This document shows positions 51,058 to 60,288 of a stretch of DNA of 64,000 nucleotides, in pieces (the stretch's first letter is position 1; the number at the start of each line of letters is the position of its first letter). Source of the DNA: Candidatus Daviesbacteria bacterium (GTDB taxonomy: Bacteria > Patescibacteriota > Microgenomatia > Daviesbacterales > UBA10151); NCBI GenBank assembly GCA_016183305.1, contig JACPEW010000020.1, forward strand, positions 4,247 to 68,246, read 5' to 3'. The position numbers and the translations under genes were made by a program. The notes beneath the pieces are model-generated. The model saw only the letters and a list, made by a program, of their open reading frames with translations, was not told where the DNA came from and ran no database searches.

Positions 51058-51291
51058 TTATTTCACGCCTTTTGATAATCTTGACTTTAATCTAGAGGCC
51101 TTATTCTTATGAATAAGATTTACTTTGGTGGCCTTATCTAAAGCAGAAAAAACAACTTGTAAATCTTTTGTGGCTCTACTTGTCCTTACTTTTTTAATAG
51201 CAGATTTTAAAGCTAGCTCCCGTTTTTTATTGCGGGCTGTTCGAGTTTTATCTTTCCGTACCTTTTTAATTGCTGATTTAATGATTGGCAT
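51058..51291 (-). CDS. rpsT: 30S ribosomal protein S20
   Basis: MPIIKSAIK, LDKA...IHKNKASRLKSRL. Confidence 0.95.
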   Translation of the reverse strand: MPIIKSAIKKVRKDKTRTARNKKRELALKSAIKKVRTSRATKDLQVVFSALDKATKVNLIHKNKASRLKSRLSKGVK

Positions 51292-51351
51292 GCTCAGTAT
51301 AGTATCACAAGCGTCTATTATAAAGCAAGTTTATCTACTATAATATTTTAA

Positions 51352-52986
51352 ATGGTTAAGAATTTATTCTCTCTTCTTTATTCAAGACAAACATCAATTT
51401 TATCAGGTGCCACCATCATTATGCTAACTATGCTGGTAGCAAAAGTGCTTGGATTGTTAAAAGACCGTTTGCTGGCCCAGTTTTTTTCTCCTGACACTAT
51501 TGATATTTTTTGGGCAGCTTTTAGATTGCCAGACTTGATTTTTCAAATAGCAATACTGGGGGCTTTATCAGTAGCTTTTATCCCGGTATTTATTGAACTA
51601 AATGAAAATAAAGGCAAAGAAGAAGCTTTTGATCTTTCCAGAGCAATCTTAAATTTATGTTTGCTTACTTTTACTGCTGCATCAATTCTTATTTTTATTT
51701 TTGCTGAACCAATTATTACTTATTTTATAGCGCCGGGTTTTCCTTTTGCTAAACAACAACAAGTAATTGAACTTACAAGGATTATTATCTTTGGTCAGAT
51801 CATCCTGGTTTTTGGGGCATTTTTTATTGGTATTTTGCAATCTTTCCAAAAATTTATTATTCCAGCTTTTGCTCCTGTTTTTTATAACTTAGGAATTATT
51901 TTAGGAATAGTATTTTTATCTGGCTCAATGGGTATTAAAGGGGCAGCAATTGGGGTAATCATTGGTGCTATCTTGCATGCTTTAATCCAGTTACCGCTTA
52001 TTTTATCAGTCGGGTTTAGATTTAAATTGCCTCTAAAACTTTTTCATCCTGGGGTAAAAGAAATAATGAAACTAATGAGTGTCAGGACAATCGGACTGGC
52101 TGCAGAACAGATTAACGAAACAGTTGGTTTAAGGTTTGCCTCTTTAATTTCAGCTGGTTCTTATACATACCTTACTTTTGCGCAACACTTGCAAGTTGCT
52201 CCAATAGGTTTGTTTGGAGCAGCTTTAGCCCAGGCTGCTTTACCAGTTCTAGCCTCAGAAAAAGCCCGGGGTAAAATTGAGGAATTTAAAATTACTTTAA
52301 TTACTACTTTGCACCAAATCCTTTTTTTAACCTTGCCTGCAGCAGCTATTTTAATTGTGATTAGGATTCCAGTTGTCAGACTTATTTTTGGTGCAAGTAA
52401 ATTTGATTGGGAGGCAACTGTTTCAACCGGGGCAACATTGGCTTTTTTATCTATTGGCCTGGCTGCGCAAGCAGTGTCCCTTCTTTTAGTCAGAGGTTTT
52501 TATGCAATTAAAGACACTAAAACTCCCGTAATAGTTTCCTTGATTGTTGTTTTTGTAAACATTGTTTTAATTTATTACTTTATAACTATTTTAAGGTTAG
52601 ATGTGTGGGGAATAGGTCTAGCAAACTCGATCGCTGCAATTTTATCTGGAGTGCTGCTTTTTTCCGGCCTCCACTTTAAAATAGGCAAGTTTGACTTAAG
52701 GAGTGTGGTTTTGCCCTTTGCCAAAATGCTGATGGCCACTGTAATTATGGGTATGGCTTTATATATCCCAATAAAGCTTTTGGATCAGGTAATTTTTGAT
52801 ACGACCAAAACTATAAATCTGCTGATTTTAACTGGTTTATCTTCTATATTTGCTATAACAGTATACTTTGTTTTAGTTTGGTTTTTAAAAGTACGGGAGC
52901 TGGAAACCTATATTGAACTATTAAAAAGAATTGGTAATTTTCCCACAAAACTTAAGTCCAAAGAAATGCTGCAAGATACTGTTTAG
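51352..52986 (+). CDS. murJ: Lipid II flippase MurJ
   Basis: AAFRLPD, GALSVAFIPVF, RGFYAIKDTKTP. Confidence 0.93.
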   Translation: MVKNLFSLLYSRQTSILSGATIIMLTMLVAKVLGLLKDRLLAQFFSPDTIDIFWAAFRLPDLIFQIAILGALSVAFIPVFIELNENKGKEEAFDLSRAILNLCLLTFTAASILIFIFAEPIITYFIAPGFPFAKQQQVIELTRIIIFGQIILVFGAFFIGILQSFQKFIIPAFAPVFYNLGIILGIVFLSGSMGIKGAAIGVIIGAILHALIQLPLILSVGFRFKLPLKLFHPGVKEIMKLMSVRTIGLAAEQINETVGLRFASLISAGSYTYLTFAQHLQVAPIGLFGAALAQAALPVLASEKARGKIEEFKITLITTLHQILFLTLPAAAILIVIRIPVVRLIFGASKFDWEATVSTGATLAFLSIGLAAQAVSLLLVRGFYAIKDTKTPVIVSLIVVFVNIVLIYYFITILRLDVWGIGLANSIAAILSGVLLFSGLHFKIGKFDLRSVVLPFAKMLMATVIMGMALYIPIKLLDQVIFDTTKTINLLILTGLSSIFAITVYFVLVWFLKVRELETYIELLKRIGNFPTKLKSKEMLQDTV

Positions 52987-52998
52987 TATAATACCTTC

Positions 52999-54771
52999 AT
53001 GAATATACGGAATTTCTCAATAATTGCTCATGTTGATCATGGCAAATCAACCTTAGCAGATAGGTTGCTGGAAATAACTGGTACTATACCTAAAGATAAG
53101 CTGCAGCCTCAGCTTCTAGATTCTTTGGCTTTGGAACGTGAACGCGGTATTACTATTAAGCTTGCTCCTGTCCGTATGTCTTACATTCTGAATTCTGAAT
53201 TATACATTCTAAATTTAATTGATACTCCTGGCCATGTTGACTTCTCCTATGAAGTTTCCAGGGCTTTGGCAGCAGTAGAAGGAGCGATATTGTTAGTTGA
53301 TGCTACTCAGGGAATTCAGGCTCAAACTCTGGCTCATGGTTTAGCTGCTTTAGAGCAAAACCTAACTTTGATACCTGTTATTAATAAAATCGATTTACCA
53401 AATGCTGATATAGAAAATACCAAAAATCAACTGATGGAAACTTTTGGTTTTTCTGATGAAGAAATACTGCTTGTTTCTGGTAAGACTGGTCAGGGTGTGG
53501 ATAAATTACTAGAGATAATTGTAACTAAGGTTCCGCCGCCAAAGCAGGAAATAGGAAATGCTTTAAGAGCTTTAATTTTTGATTCATTTTTTGACAGCTT
53601 CAAAGGAGTAGTTGCCCAAGTTAGGATTGTAGAAGGCCAAACTCCGCCAAATCAAACTCCAATTGTATTTTTAGGTACAAAAGCGTCGGGGTATGTTTTA
53701 GAAAGTGGTTTTTTTGCTCCGCAGTTAACACCGGAAAATGGTTTAAAATCAGGCGAGATAGGCTATATTGCTACAGGGATTAAAGAGCCAGATTTAGTAA
53801 GAGTTGGTGACACTATTGCCACAGATTTTTCTTCTCAGCCTTTGCCTGGATACAAGCAAGTAAAACCAATGGTTTTTGTGGGGCTTTTCCCAATAGATGC
53901 AGATAAATATTTTGAACTTAAAGAAGTGCTGGGAAAATTTAAGTTAACTGATCCAGCTTTTTCTTATCTGCCGGAACAGTCACAAGCTTTGGGAGCAGGT
54001 TTTAGATGCGGGTTTTTAGGTTTGCTTCATGCTGAAGTTGTTCAGGAAAGATTATCTAAAGAGTTTAATATGGATGTGCTGGCTACTGCTCCCTCAGTAG
54101 AATATTTGCTGGATGATCAGCCAATTACTTCGCCTACTGAACTTACCGAGGGAGACAATACTAAAAATCTAAAAGAGCCTTGGGTAAACCTTAGGATCTT
54201 TGTACCACAAACTTATATTGGTCCAGTTATGGAATTAGTGCAGGATAAAAGAGGAAAGTTTTTAGATATGCAGCATTTTGGGTTACAAGTTGAGTTAAGT
54301 TATGAAATGCCTTTATCTGAGATGGTGACTAATTTTTATGATAAACTAAAATCAGTTTCCTCAGGTTTTGCTTCTTTGGATTGGGCATTGATAGATTTTA
54401 GGGAGGTAAATGCAGTAAGGGTAGATATCATGGTGGGAGGAGAAAAAGTAGATGCCCTGTCTTCTATTATTTTTAAGCCTAAGGCAGAAAGTTTTGGCAG
54501 GCAGATAGTGGAGAAATTAAAAGAAGTTTTACCCAGGCAAAATTTTTCAGTAGCAATACAGGCTGCTATTGGGGGAACTATTATTGCCAGAGAGACAATT
54601 TCACCATTTAGAAAAGATGTTTTGATGCATGGTAGCAAGGTCGTTGGCGGAGGGGACTACAGCCGCAAGAGAAAACTTTTGGAAAAACAGAAAAAAGGCA
54701 AAAAGAAAATGAAAATGATCGGTAAAGTGGAAATCCCCCAAGAGGCGTTCTTGTCAATTCTTAAGAGTTAG
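52999..54771 (+). CDS. lepA: Elongation factor 4
   Basis: IAHVDHGKSTLADRL, DTPGHVDF, GFRCGFLGLLH, VEIPQEAF. Confidence 0.98.
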   Translation: MNIRNFSIIAHVDHGKSTLADRLLEITGTIPKDKLQPQLLDSLALERERGITIKLAPVRMSYILNSELYILNLIDTPGHVDFSYEVSRALAAVEGAILLVDATQGIQAQTLAHGLAALEQNLTLIPVINKIDLPNADIENTKNQLMETFGFSDEEILLVSGKTGQGVDKLLEIIVTKVPPPKQEIGNALRALIFDSFFDSFKGVVAQVRIVEGQTPPNQTPIVFLGTKASGYVLESGFFAPQLTPENGLKSGEIGYIATGIKEPDLVRVGDTIATDFSSQPLPGYKQVKPMVFVGLFPIDADKYFELKEVLGKFKLTDPAFSYLPEQSQALGAGFRCGFLGLLHAEVVQERLSKEFNMDVLATAPSVEYLLDDQPITSPTELTEGDNTKNLKEPWVNLRIFVPQTYIGPVMELVQDKRGKFLDMQHFGLQVELSYEMPLSEMVTNFYDKLKSVSSGFASLDWALIDFREVNAVRVDIMVGGEKVDALSSIIFKPKAESFGRQIVEKLKEVLPRQNFSVAIQAAIGGTIIARETISPFRKDVLMHGSKVVGGGDYSRKRKLLEKQKKGKKKMKMIGKVEIPQEAFLSILKS

Positions 54772-54778
54772 ATTAGGT

Positions 54779-55462
54779 CTAGTTAACGAATTTAAAAGTT
54801 GAGACCAGCACACCAAACTGATCTTCATCTTCTTTATATAAGAGACTGCCAGAAGTAATTGTATATATTAAGTTCTTGTTCTTTATAAACACTAATTTAG
54901 ATTTATAACCTTTTGGTAGTGGCGAACCTTTGGTCTGAAAATACGATTTCTGCTTCCTTATGATTTCGTCTGTAACTTCATAGTCGACCGCGACAGCGCT
55001 ACGTCCATCAACTAAAATATCATGGTAATTTTGATCTGGTAAAAATTCTATATAAGGTTTAAGACCGCTTTTTTTAACATAATCCTTAACATTGACATCT
55101 TGATCTAACTTGTTTACATTTATTGAAATTTCTATATTGTAAAGTTGATTATCAGTTTGTGAGCCTCCCGGGGGTATAAATTTTATCCATCCATATTGGT
55201 ATGTATCATCAATAGGACTGTATCCTTCCTGAAAAGTACTGTCCTTAGGATATTTAAATGCAAAATTAAATCTTGGATTTAAATAAATATGCCACCCTTT
55301 AGTCTTAGGATTTTCTATTTTTTGATCCCATAAAATTTGAGGTTGTTTATATAAATTGGGGGTTGTCCATTTATAATAGCTGAAGCCTAAATAAAAACTT
55401 ACCGGTGATAAAACCAATAGTATTCCAATTAAAATAATTTTATTTTTATTATATTTTTTCAT
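54779..55462 (-). CDS. Hypothetical exported protein (cargo 1)
   Basis: N-terminal TM; FAFKYP...STFKF. Confidence 0.65.
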   Translation of the reverse strand: MKKYNKNKIILIGILLVLSPVSFYLGFSYYKWTTPNLYKQPQILWDQKIENPKTKGWHIYLNPRFNFAFKYPKDSTFQEGYSPIDDTYQYGWIKFIPPGGSQTDNQLYNIEISINVNKLDQDVNVKDYVKKSGLKPYIEFLPDQNYHDILVDGRSAVAVDYEVTDEIIRKQKSYFQTKGSPLPKGYKSKLVFIKNKNLIYTITSGSLLYKEDEDQFGVLVSTFKFVN

Positions 55463-55502
55463 CTATTTTATAGTAGCATTATTTTAAAGTAATTACAAAA
55501 TT

Positions 55503-55586
55503 TTGTATAATACTTCCATAAAATTAGTAAAGCCGTCTAAATTAAATATTGGGAGTACTGTTGAAATTGTAGCTCTTTCTTTGCCA
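55503..55586 (+). repeat. Displaced 5' end (with -10 box) of the S66 peptidase gene, copy A
   Basis: ttgtataat...ATA-KLVKPSKLNIGSTVEIVALSLP vs native ttgtataat...MQILRPSKLNIGDTVGIVASSLP at 58592. Confidence 0.85.
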
Positions 55587-55595
55587 ACACGAAAG

Positions 55596-55856
55596 CTAAT
55601 TGTATGTTTGGGTGGTACAGCGTTTGATATCAACAATTAAGATAACTTTAATAGTAAGGTCAATATCTAAGAAGATTCTGTAGTTGCCAGTTCTAATTCT
55701 GTGGCTAGTTTGATGAGGAGGTTTAAGCTTTTTAATATCTAAACTAAAAGGATTCTGCTTTATCTTTCCAAAAAAGGTCTTAATATACACTTGATCTTTT
55801 GACGGAAACCTCTTGAAGGACTTGACTGCATTTTTGGAAAAGTTTATCTGGAACAC
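55596..55856 (-). CDS. relE: RelE/ParE-family toxin, copy 1
   Basis: FSKNAVKSF, DIKKL, HRIRTGNYRIF. Confidence 0.85.
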   Translation of the reverse strand: MFQINFSKNAVKSFKRFPSKDQVYIKTFFGKIKQNPFSLDIKKLKPPHQTSHRIRTGNYRIFLDIDLTIKVILIVDIKRCTTQTYN

Positions 55857-55857
55857 T

Positions 55858-56160
55858 CTAGATGTCTAGTTCTTCCCATATTTTTTCTGCGGGGATGCCA
55901 CCATGCTTTTTTACATCAGCTAGAGCTTTATTTAATTTTTTGACAAACTTTGGATCATAGTCTGCCAGGTCATCTTTTAATTCCTTGATTCTTATATACG
56001 TTTCAATATCTACTAAAACCCCTTTTGGCTTGCCATTTTGAGTTATTACCATTTCTTTTTCTTTTGGTAATTTGCTTAAGATATCAGTGAGCTGCTTTCT
56101 TAGATCATCAGCACCGATAAATTTTTTGTCCAGTAATGAATACAGATTAATTGTTTGCAT
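55858..56160 (-). CDS. Phd/YefM antitoxin, copy 1
   Basis: DLRKQLTDIL...VITQNGKPKGVL. Confidence 0.85.
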   Translation of the reverse strand: MQTINLYSLLDKKFIGADDLRKQLTDILSKLPKEKEMVITQNGKPKGVLVDIETYIRIKELKDDLADYDPKFVKKLNKALADVKKHGGIPAEKIWEELDI

Positions 56161-56240
56161 TAGGATATCATAACATATTCCTTAGGATTGTAAAGAATTA
56201 AATTTGCACAGGGCTTTAAATAGCGAGCGTCATATCTAAT

Positions 56241-56288
56241 AAAGTGAAAATATCCCAAGAAGCATTTTTAAGTATCCTCAAGAGTTGA
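56241..56288 (+). repeat. Displaced lepA 3' end, copy 1
   Basis: KVKISQEAFLSILKS* vs native KVEIPQEAFLSILKS*. Confidence 0.9.
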
Positions 56289-56312
56289 CAAGTAATGTAT
56301 AATGTATAATGT

Positions 56313-56594
56313 ATGATTAGAAAACAGATATACCTGACACCCGAAATAGATAGAGAATTGAATATTCTTGCCAGACAGCAGGGTAAAAGCATGGCTGAAA
56401 TTGTCAGGGATATTCTAGAGAAAAGGCTAAAAATTAGCGAGAGACCAAAAAATACTGTTGAAGGTTTCTTAAATAGGATAACAGGAATTGGTAAGAAAGG
56501 CCCCCATGATTTATCTACAAACCTATTCAATTATCTGTATGGTGACAAGTCCCCTAATTATGGTAAACACAAGAAAATTACTCGTAGACGCTGA
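56313..56594 (+). CDS. CopG/RHH antitoxin
   Basis: MIRKQIYL...LARQQGKSMAEIVR; DLSTN..YLYG; (TAATGTA)3 repeat upstream. Confidence 0.8.
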   Translation: MIRKQIYLTPEIDRELNILARQQGKSMAEIVRDILEKRLKISERPKNTVEGFLNRITGIGKKGPHDLSTNLFNYLYGDKSPNYGKHKKITRRR

Positions 56595-56982
56595 TGCTTT
56601 TGTGGCATTGGTTTGTCAAAATGATTCCAGTCACCAAAGGGCGGAAATTTTTCAAGAGCAAATTATCAAAGACAACTTTGAATTAATAGTTTCTGATCCA
56701 GCATTTGGAGAAGCAATAACAGTTATTAGTCAGAAAGAAGGTTTAAGGGTTGCTGTTAAATTTGCGGATGAGGTATTTGCCAGTCCACTAGAAATTATTG
56801 AGGTTGATCCGGCATTGCGCAAAGAGGGGTTGGATATTTTTAAAAAGCAAACTTCCAAAAATTCCAGGTTTACTGATTGTATTAATATGGCAATTATGAA
56901 AAAATTAGGCCTTAATACTATCTTCAGTTTTGATGTCCAATACAAAAAAAATAAATTTAAAAGATTTGGAGTAGATAAATGA
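56560..56982 (+). CDS. vapC: PIN-domain (VapC-type) toxin (cargo 2)
   Basis: LVDADAFVAL...D..H, GEAITVIS, FTDC, FSFD. Confidence 0.85.
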   Translation: MVNTRKLLVDADAFVALVCQNDSSHQRAEIFQEQIIKDNFELIVSDPAFGEAITVISQKEGLRVAVKFADEVFASPLEIIEVDPALRKEGLDIFKKQTSKNSRFTDCINMAIMKKLGLNTIFSFDVQYKKNKFKRFGVDK

Positions 56983-57039
56983 AAGTTTTAAAGCCTTCTA
57001 AATTAAATATTGGGGATTACTATTGGGATTATGGCTTAA
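56979..57039 (+). repeat. Displaced 5' end of the S66 peptidase gene, copy B
   Basis: MKVLKPSKLNIGD(+1 nt)TIGIMA*; ATG overlaps the vapC stop (ATGA). Confidence 0.85.
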
Positions 57040-57040
57040 T

Positions 57041-57301
57041 CTAGTGATAAGTTTGGGTGGTGCGACGCTCTATTTCTACTATTTCAATTATCTTAATTTC
57101 AAAGTCAATTCTCAGAAAGATTCTGTAATCTCCGACCCTCAATCTATGCGTGGCTTGGTAATAAGATGATAATTTTCTAAGATCCAGATCAAACGGACTA
57201 AGGCTTAATCTATCTGATGCTTTTTTAATTTTAACTTGGTAATCAATAGGGATTTTCTTTAAAGACTTAAGAGCTTTTTTAGAAAAGGTAATTTGATACA
57301 C
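57041..57301 (-). CDS. relE: RelE/ParE-family toxin, copy 2
   Basis: FSKKALKSL, HRLRVGDYRIF, ERRTTQTY; GTG start. Confidence 0.85.
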   Translation of the reverse strand: MYQITFSKKALKSLKKIPIDYQVKIKKASDRLSLSPFDLDLRKLSSYYQATHRLRVGDYRIFLRIDFEIKIIEIVEIERRTTQTYH

Positions 57302-57303
57302 TT

Positions 57304-57606
57304 TTAAATACCTAGTTGTTTCCAAACTTTCTCTGCAGGAATACCGCCATGCTTTTTAATTTCCTCAACAGCCTTGTTAACTTTTTTAATAAGTTTAGGA
57401 TCAAAATCCGCTATTTGTTCATACAATTCTTCTATTTCAAGATAAGATTTAATGTCTAAAAGTACCCCTTTTGGCTTGCCATTTTGAGTTATTACTATTT
57501 CTTTTTCTTTTGGTAATTTGCTTAAGATATCAGTGAGCTGCTTTCTTAGATCATCAGCACCGATAAATTTTTTGTCCAGTAATGAATACAAATTAATTGT
57601 TTGCAT
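57304..57606 (-). CDS. Phd/YefM antitoxin, copy 2
   Basis: N-terminal ~48 aa nearly identical to copy 1. Confidence 0.85.
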   Translation of the reverse strand: MQTINLYSLLDKKFIGADDLRKQLTDILSKLPKEKEIVITQNGKPKGVLLDIKSYLEIEELYEQIADFDPKLIKKVNKAVEEIKKHGGIPAEKVWKQLGI

Positions 57607-57675
57607 TAGGATATCATAACATATTCCTTAGGATTGTAAAGAATTAAATTTGCACAGGGCTTTAAACGGGCGTTA

Positions 57676-57868
57676 TAATCACTAGCAGAAAACCCCGCTT
57701 TCTTGCAATTTGTAAAACAAATTGGGTGCGTTAAGCAGGGATGAATGCTTTTGTGATTACAGTCTTCCGTGGGGTAGGTGGTAGAGTGGTAGATCTGGAT
57801 AGGGTTTTCTGTAGTTTCTTGTAAACTTTCAAAGAAAACCGCGGGCTTTCAGCCCGCGGAAGTTTATA
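57676..57868. mobile_element. Non-autonomous IS200/IS605-like remnant (two end hairpins, no ORF)
   Basis: gcagaaaaccccgctt...aagcagggatgaatgc and gaaaaccgcgggc-tttca-gcccgcggaag. Confidence 0.5.
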
Positions 57869-57891
57869 GTTAAAAAAAGAAAAAGATTTAA

Positions 57892-57938
57892 AAAATAGAA
57901 ATCCCCCAGAAGCACTCTTGAGTATTCTTAAATCGTAA
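57892..57938 (+). repeat. Displaced lepA 3' end, copy 2
   Basis: KIEIP(-1 nt)EALLSILKS*. Confidence 0.8.
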
Positions 57939-57995
57939 AAGGTAGAAGCTTACAAAATAATTGAATTACTGGTTAACTTATGAGACAGTTAAAAT

Positions 57996-58523
57996 ATGAA
58001 AGAAAGAGGTTTTACTTCAATATTATTTATATTCATCATATTGGTAATCTCAGCAGGGATTATTAGTGGGGCTTTTTACATTAAACAATCTAATCTTTCC
58101 AACAAGCAACTTAATAAGCAGCCTGAGGCTTATGTTAACACAACATCGATTGATCAACCTGCGCAACCTTCTTTAGAATCTTCACCGATTCAGTCTGCAA
58201 AACTAGACCAAGCACCAAAATCTGCTGTATCAAACAATGAAGCTGCTAGGTTTACTGGAATGATTACAGAGACTAACAATAGTTGTTGGGTAGATGGAGT
58301 GTGTAGTGTTAAAATTGATAGTTCATGGGTTGAAGTGGAAAGAGGTGGTTTAAGGCCTCCGAATATGATGGGAGAACCTGGCGGACAATTAATTGGAATA
58401 TCTTTTAGTTCTGATACTGAAAAGTATATTGGCCAAAAAGCAGAATTCTACGGCGCCAAAAAAGATGATGGAAGCTTTACAATTTATGGTAACTCTAATT
58501 ACTATCTAAAGTTAGTTAACTAA
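57996..58523 (+). CDS. Hypothetical exported protein with pilin-like N-terminus (cargo 3)
   Basis: MKERGFTSILFIF...; CWVDGVC. Confidence 0.65.
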   Translation: MKERGFTSILFIFIILVISAGIISGAFYIKQSNLSNKQLNKQPEAYVNTTSIDQPAQPSLESSPIQSAKLDQAPKSAVSNNEAARFTGMITETNNSCWVDGVCSVKIDSSWVEVERGGLRPPNMMGEPGGQLIGISFSSDTEKYIGQKAEFYGAKKDDGSFTIYGNSNYYLKLVN

Positions 58524-58591
58524 TAATTTGATAAAACAATCATTATTAGTTGTTGTTATATCAACGAAATACTACATTGTATAATGCTTAA

Positions 58592-59521
58592 ATGCAGATT
58601 TTGAGACCTTCTAAATTAAATATTGGGGATACTGTGGGGATTGTGGCTTCTTCTTTGCCAGTTCTGCCTGTTTTTAAAGAAAGTTATGAAAGGGGCAAAA
58701 AAATACTTGCAGACTTAGGATTTAAGATCAAAGAAGGGGAAACTATTGGCAAAATCAGGTGGTGGGCTGCCGGAACACCAAAAGAGGTGGCAGCAGATAT
58801 AAATAAGATGTTTGCTGATAAAAGCATAAAAGCTATTATGGCTCAAACCGGTGGATACTCTGCTTTTTCTGTTTTGGAATATTTAGACTATGAACTTGTA
58901 ACTGCTAACCCAAAACCTTTTATTGGTATGAGCGATGTAACCAATTATTTAATGGCTTTTTTTACCAAATGCAGTATGGTTGGATTCCATATGGATGATG
59001 TTTTACACCTCAATAAAGAACTTTTCTTAAGATTTTTAACAAAAACTAAAGTACCGGGTAAAATTAAACCTTTAACTGAATGGGATGAGTGGAAAAAAGG
59101 CCAAACAGGAGGACATTTAATGGGTGGAAACTTGCATTTATTTTCTGGTTTAATAGGAACTGAATATTTTCCTAAGCCAGAATTTTTTGATGGGGCAATA
59201 CTGTTTTGGGAAGAAGTTGGGGAACCTTTACACAGCATTGCCAGGTTTTTAACCCAGCTAAAATATGCTGGAATTTTAGACAGGATTACCGGTATGCTGA
59301 TCGGTAAAATTACCCATATTAAACCAGCCAGGGAAAAAGAAGTAATAGAACCAACAGCAAAAGAGCTGGTTTTGGATATTTTAAAAGATTATAAATTCCC
59401 TGTTATGGCTAATATGGATTTTGGCCATTTTACAGTTAATATTCCAATGCCTATAGGAACAAAAGTTTCCTTTGATACTTCCAAATCAGAATTAAACTTT
59501 TTAGAATCAGCTGTAGCCTAA
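58592..59521 (+). CDS. S66 peptidase (LD-carboxypeptidase/MccF family)
   Basis: QTGGY, FIGMSDVT, GGNL, LFWEE, DFGH. Confidence 0.9.
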   Translation: MQILRPSKLNIGDTVGIVASSLPVLPVFKESYERGKKILADLGFKIKEGETIGKIRWWAAGTPKEVAADINKMFADKSIKAIMAQTGGYSAFSVLEYLDYELVTANPKPFIGMSDVTNYLMAFFTKCSMVGFHMDDVLHLNKELFLRFLTKTKVPGKIKPLTEWDEWKKGQTGGHLMGGNLHLFSGLIGTEYFPKPEFFDGAILFWEEVGEPLHSIARFLTQLKYAGILDRITGMLIGKITHIKPAREKEVIEPTAKELVLDILKDYKFPVMANMDFGHFTVNIPMPIGTKVSFDTSKSELNFLESAVA

Positions 59522-59524
59522 TCT

Positions 59525-60229
59525 CTAAACATCACGCCTGACTATACAATCAGGACATCTTAAGGAGTCTGTCTCATAGATTTTGGCTATTTTATCAGAT
59601 AATTGGAAAATTAGTTCTGATCCTTCATCAATATTAAAAATATCTGGATTATTATCAAAAGATAAAGTAGCCTGGCCCCGGACTAATTTGAAAACAACTT
59701 GATTCCGGTCTTTTAGTAAAAGAGGACCGATTTTTTCAATAGTATTATTAAAAGCTACCCCAAAGCCTTTATCAAAAGTCTGCCTGGTGATGCTTTTAAA
59801 ATAACCAGTTGAGCCAAAAGAAGTTGAAATAACAATCCCGTCTCCAAGAATCAGTTTATCTGAAGGTGGAATTTTAAAACGGATAGTATGGATAGGGTGT
59901 TTATTCCTTATGACAAAATCATTTAAAGCATAAAATGTTTTATAAAAAAATGTAGTTTCAAGCTTCTTATATTCTTTTAGTTTTAATTTACTTTTAAGAA
60001 GTTTTTGCAGTAATAATGTCTCATCGTGTCTGGGGCATTTTTTACAAATTAAACTATTCCGAATAGGTAATTTAGGAATCCCTGGATATGTTCTTTCTGA
60101 ATAAAGTAAAGTCCCATCCCCTCCATAGCTTATTATTACTTCAGGATTATAACTTACGACCTCAATTCCTAAACTTTTTAATAAAGGTTTGATATTTTGA
60201 GAATTCTTACCAGTTACTAATGCTTTCAT
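59525..60229 (-). CDS. nadK: NAD kinase (short form)
   Basis: GGDGT, ALND, GDGIVISTSFGSTGY. Confidence 0.8.
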   Translation of the reverse strand: MKALVTGKNSQNIKPLLKSLGIEVVSYNPEVIISYGGDGTLLYSERTYPGIPKLPIRNSLICKKCPRHDETLLLQKLLKSKLKLKEYKKLETTFFYKTFYALNDFVIRNKHPIHTIRFKIPPSDKLILGDGIVISTSFGSTGYFKSITRQTFDKGFGVAFNNTIEKIGPLLLKDRNQVVFKLVRGQATLSFDNNPDIFNIDEGSELIFQLSDKIAKIYETDSLRCPDCIVRRDV

Positions 60230-60288
60230 GAGCTCATGATACTACAAACATAACCCTAGTTTCAGGTATACTGGGATATTAAAAATTT

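Noticed and set aside
52986..53001. TATAAT immediately before ATG in many genes (leaderless transcription)
   Set aside because: Real, but expected for this kind of genome and not novel.
54721..58660. CRISPR array or classical integron
   Set aside because: The repeats are translated gene termini separated by whole genes. No cas genes, intI or recognisable attC sites.
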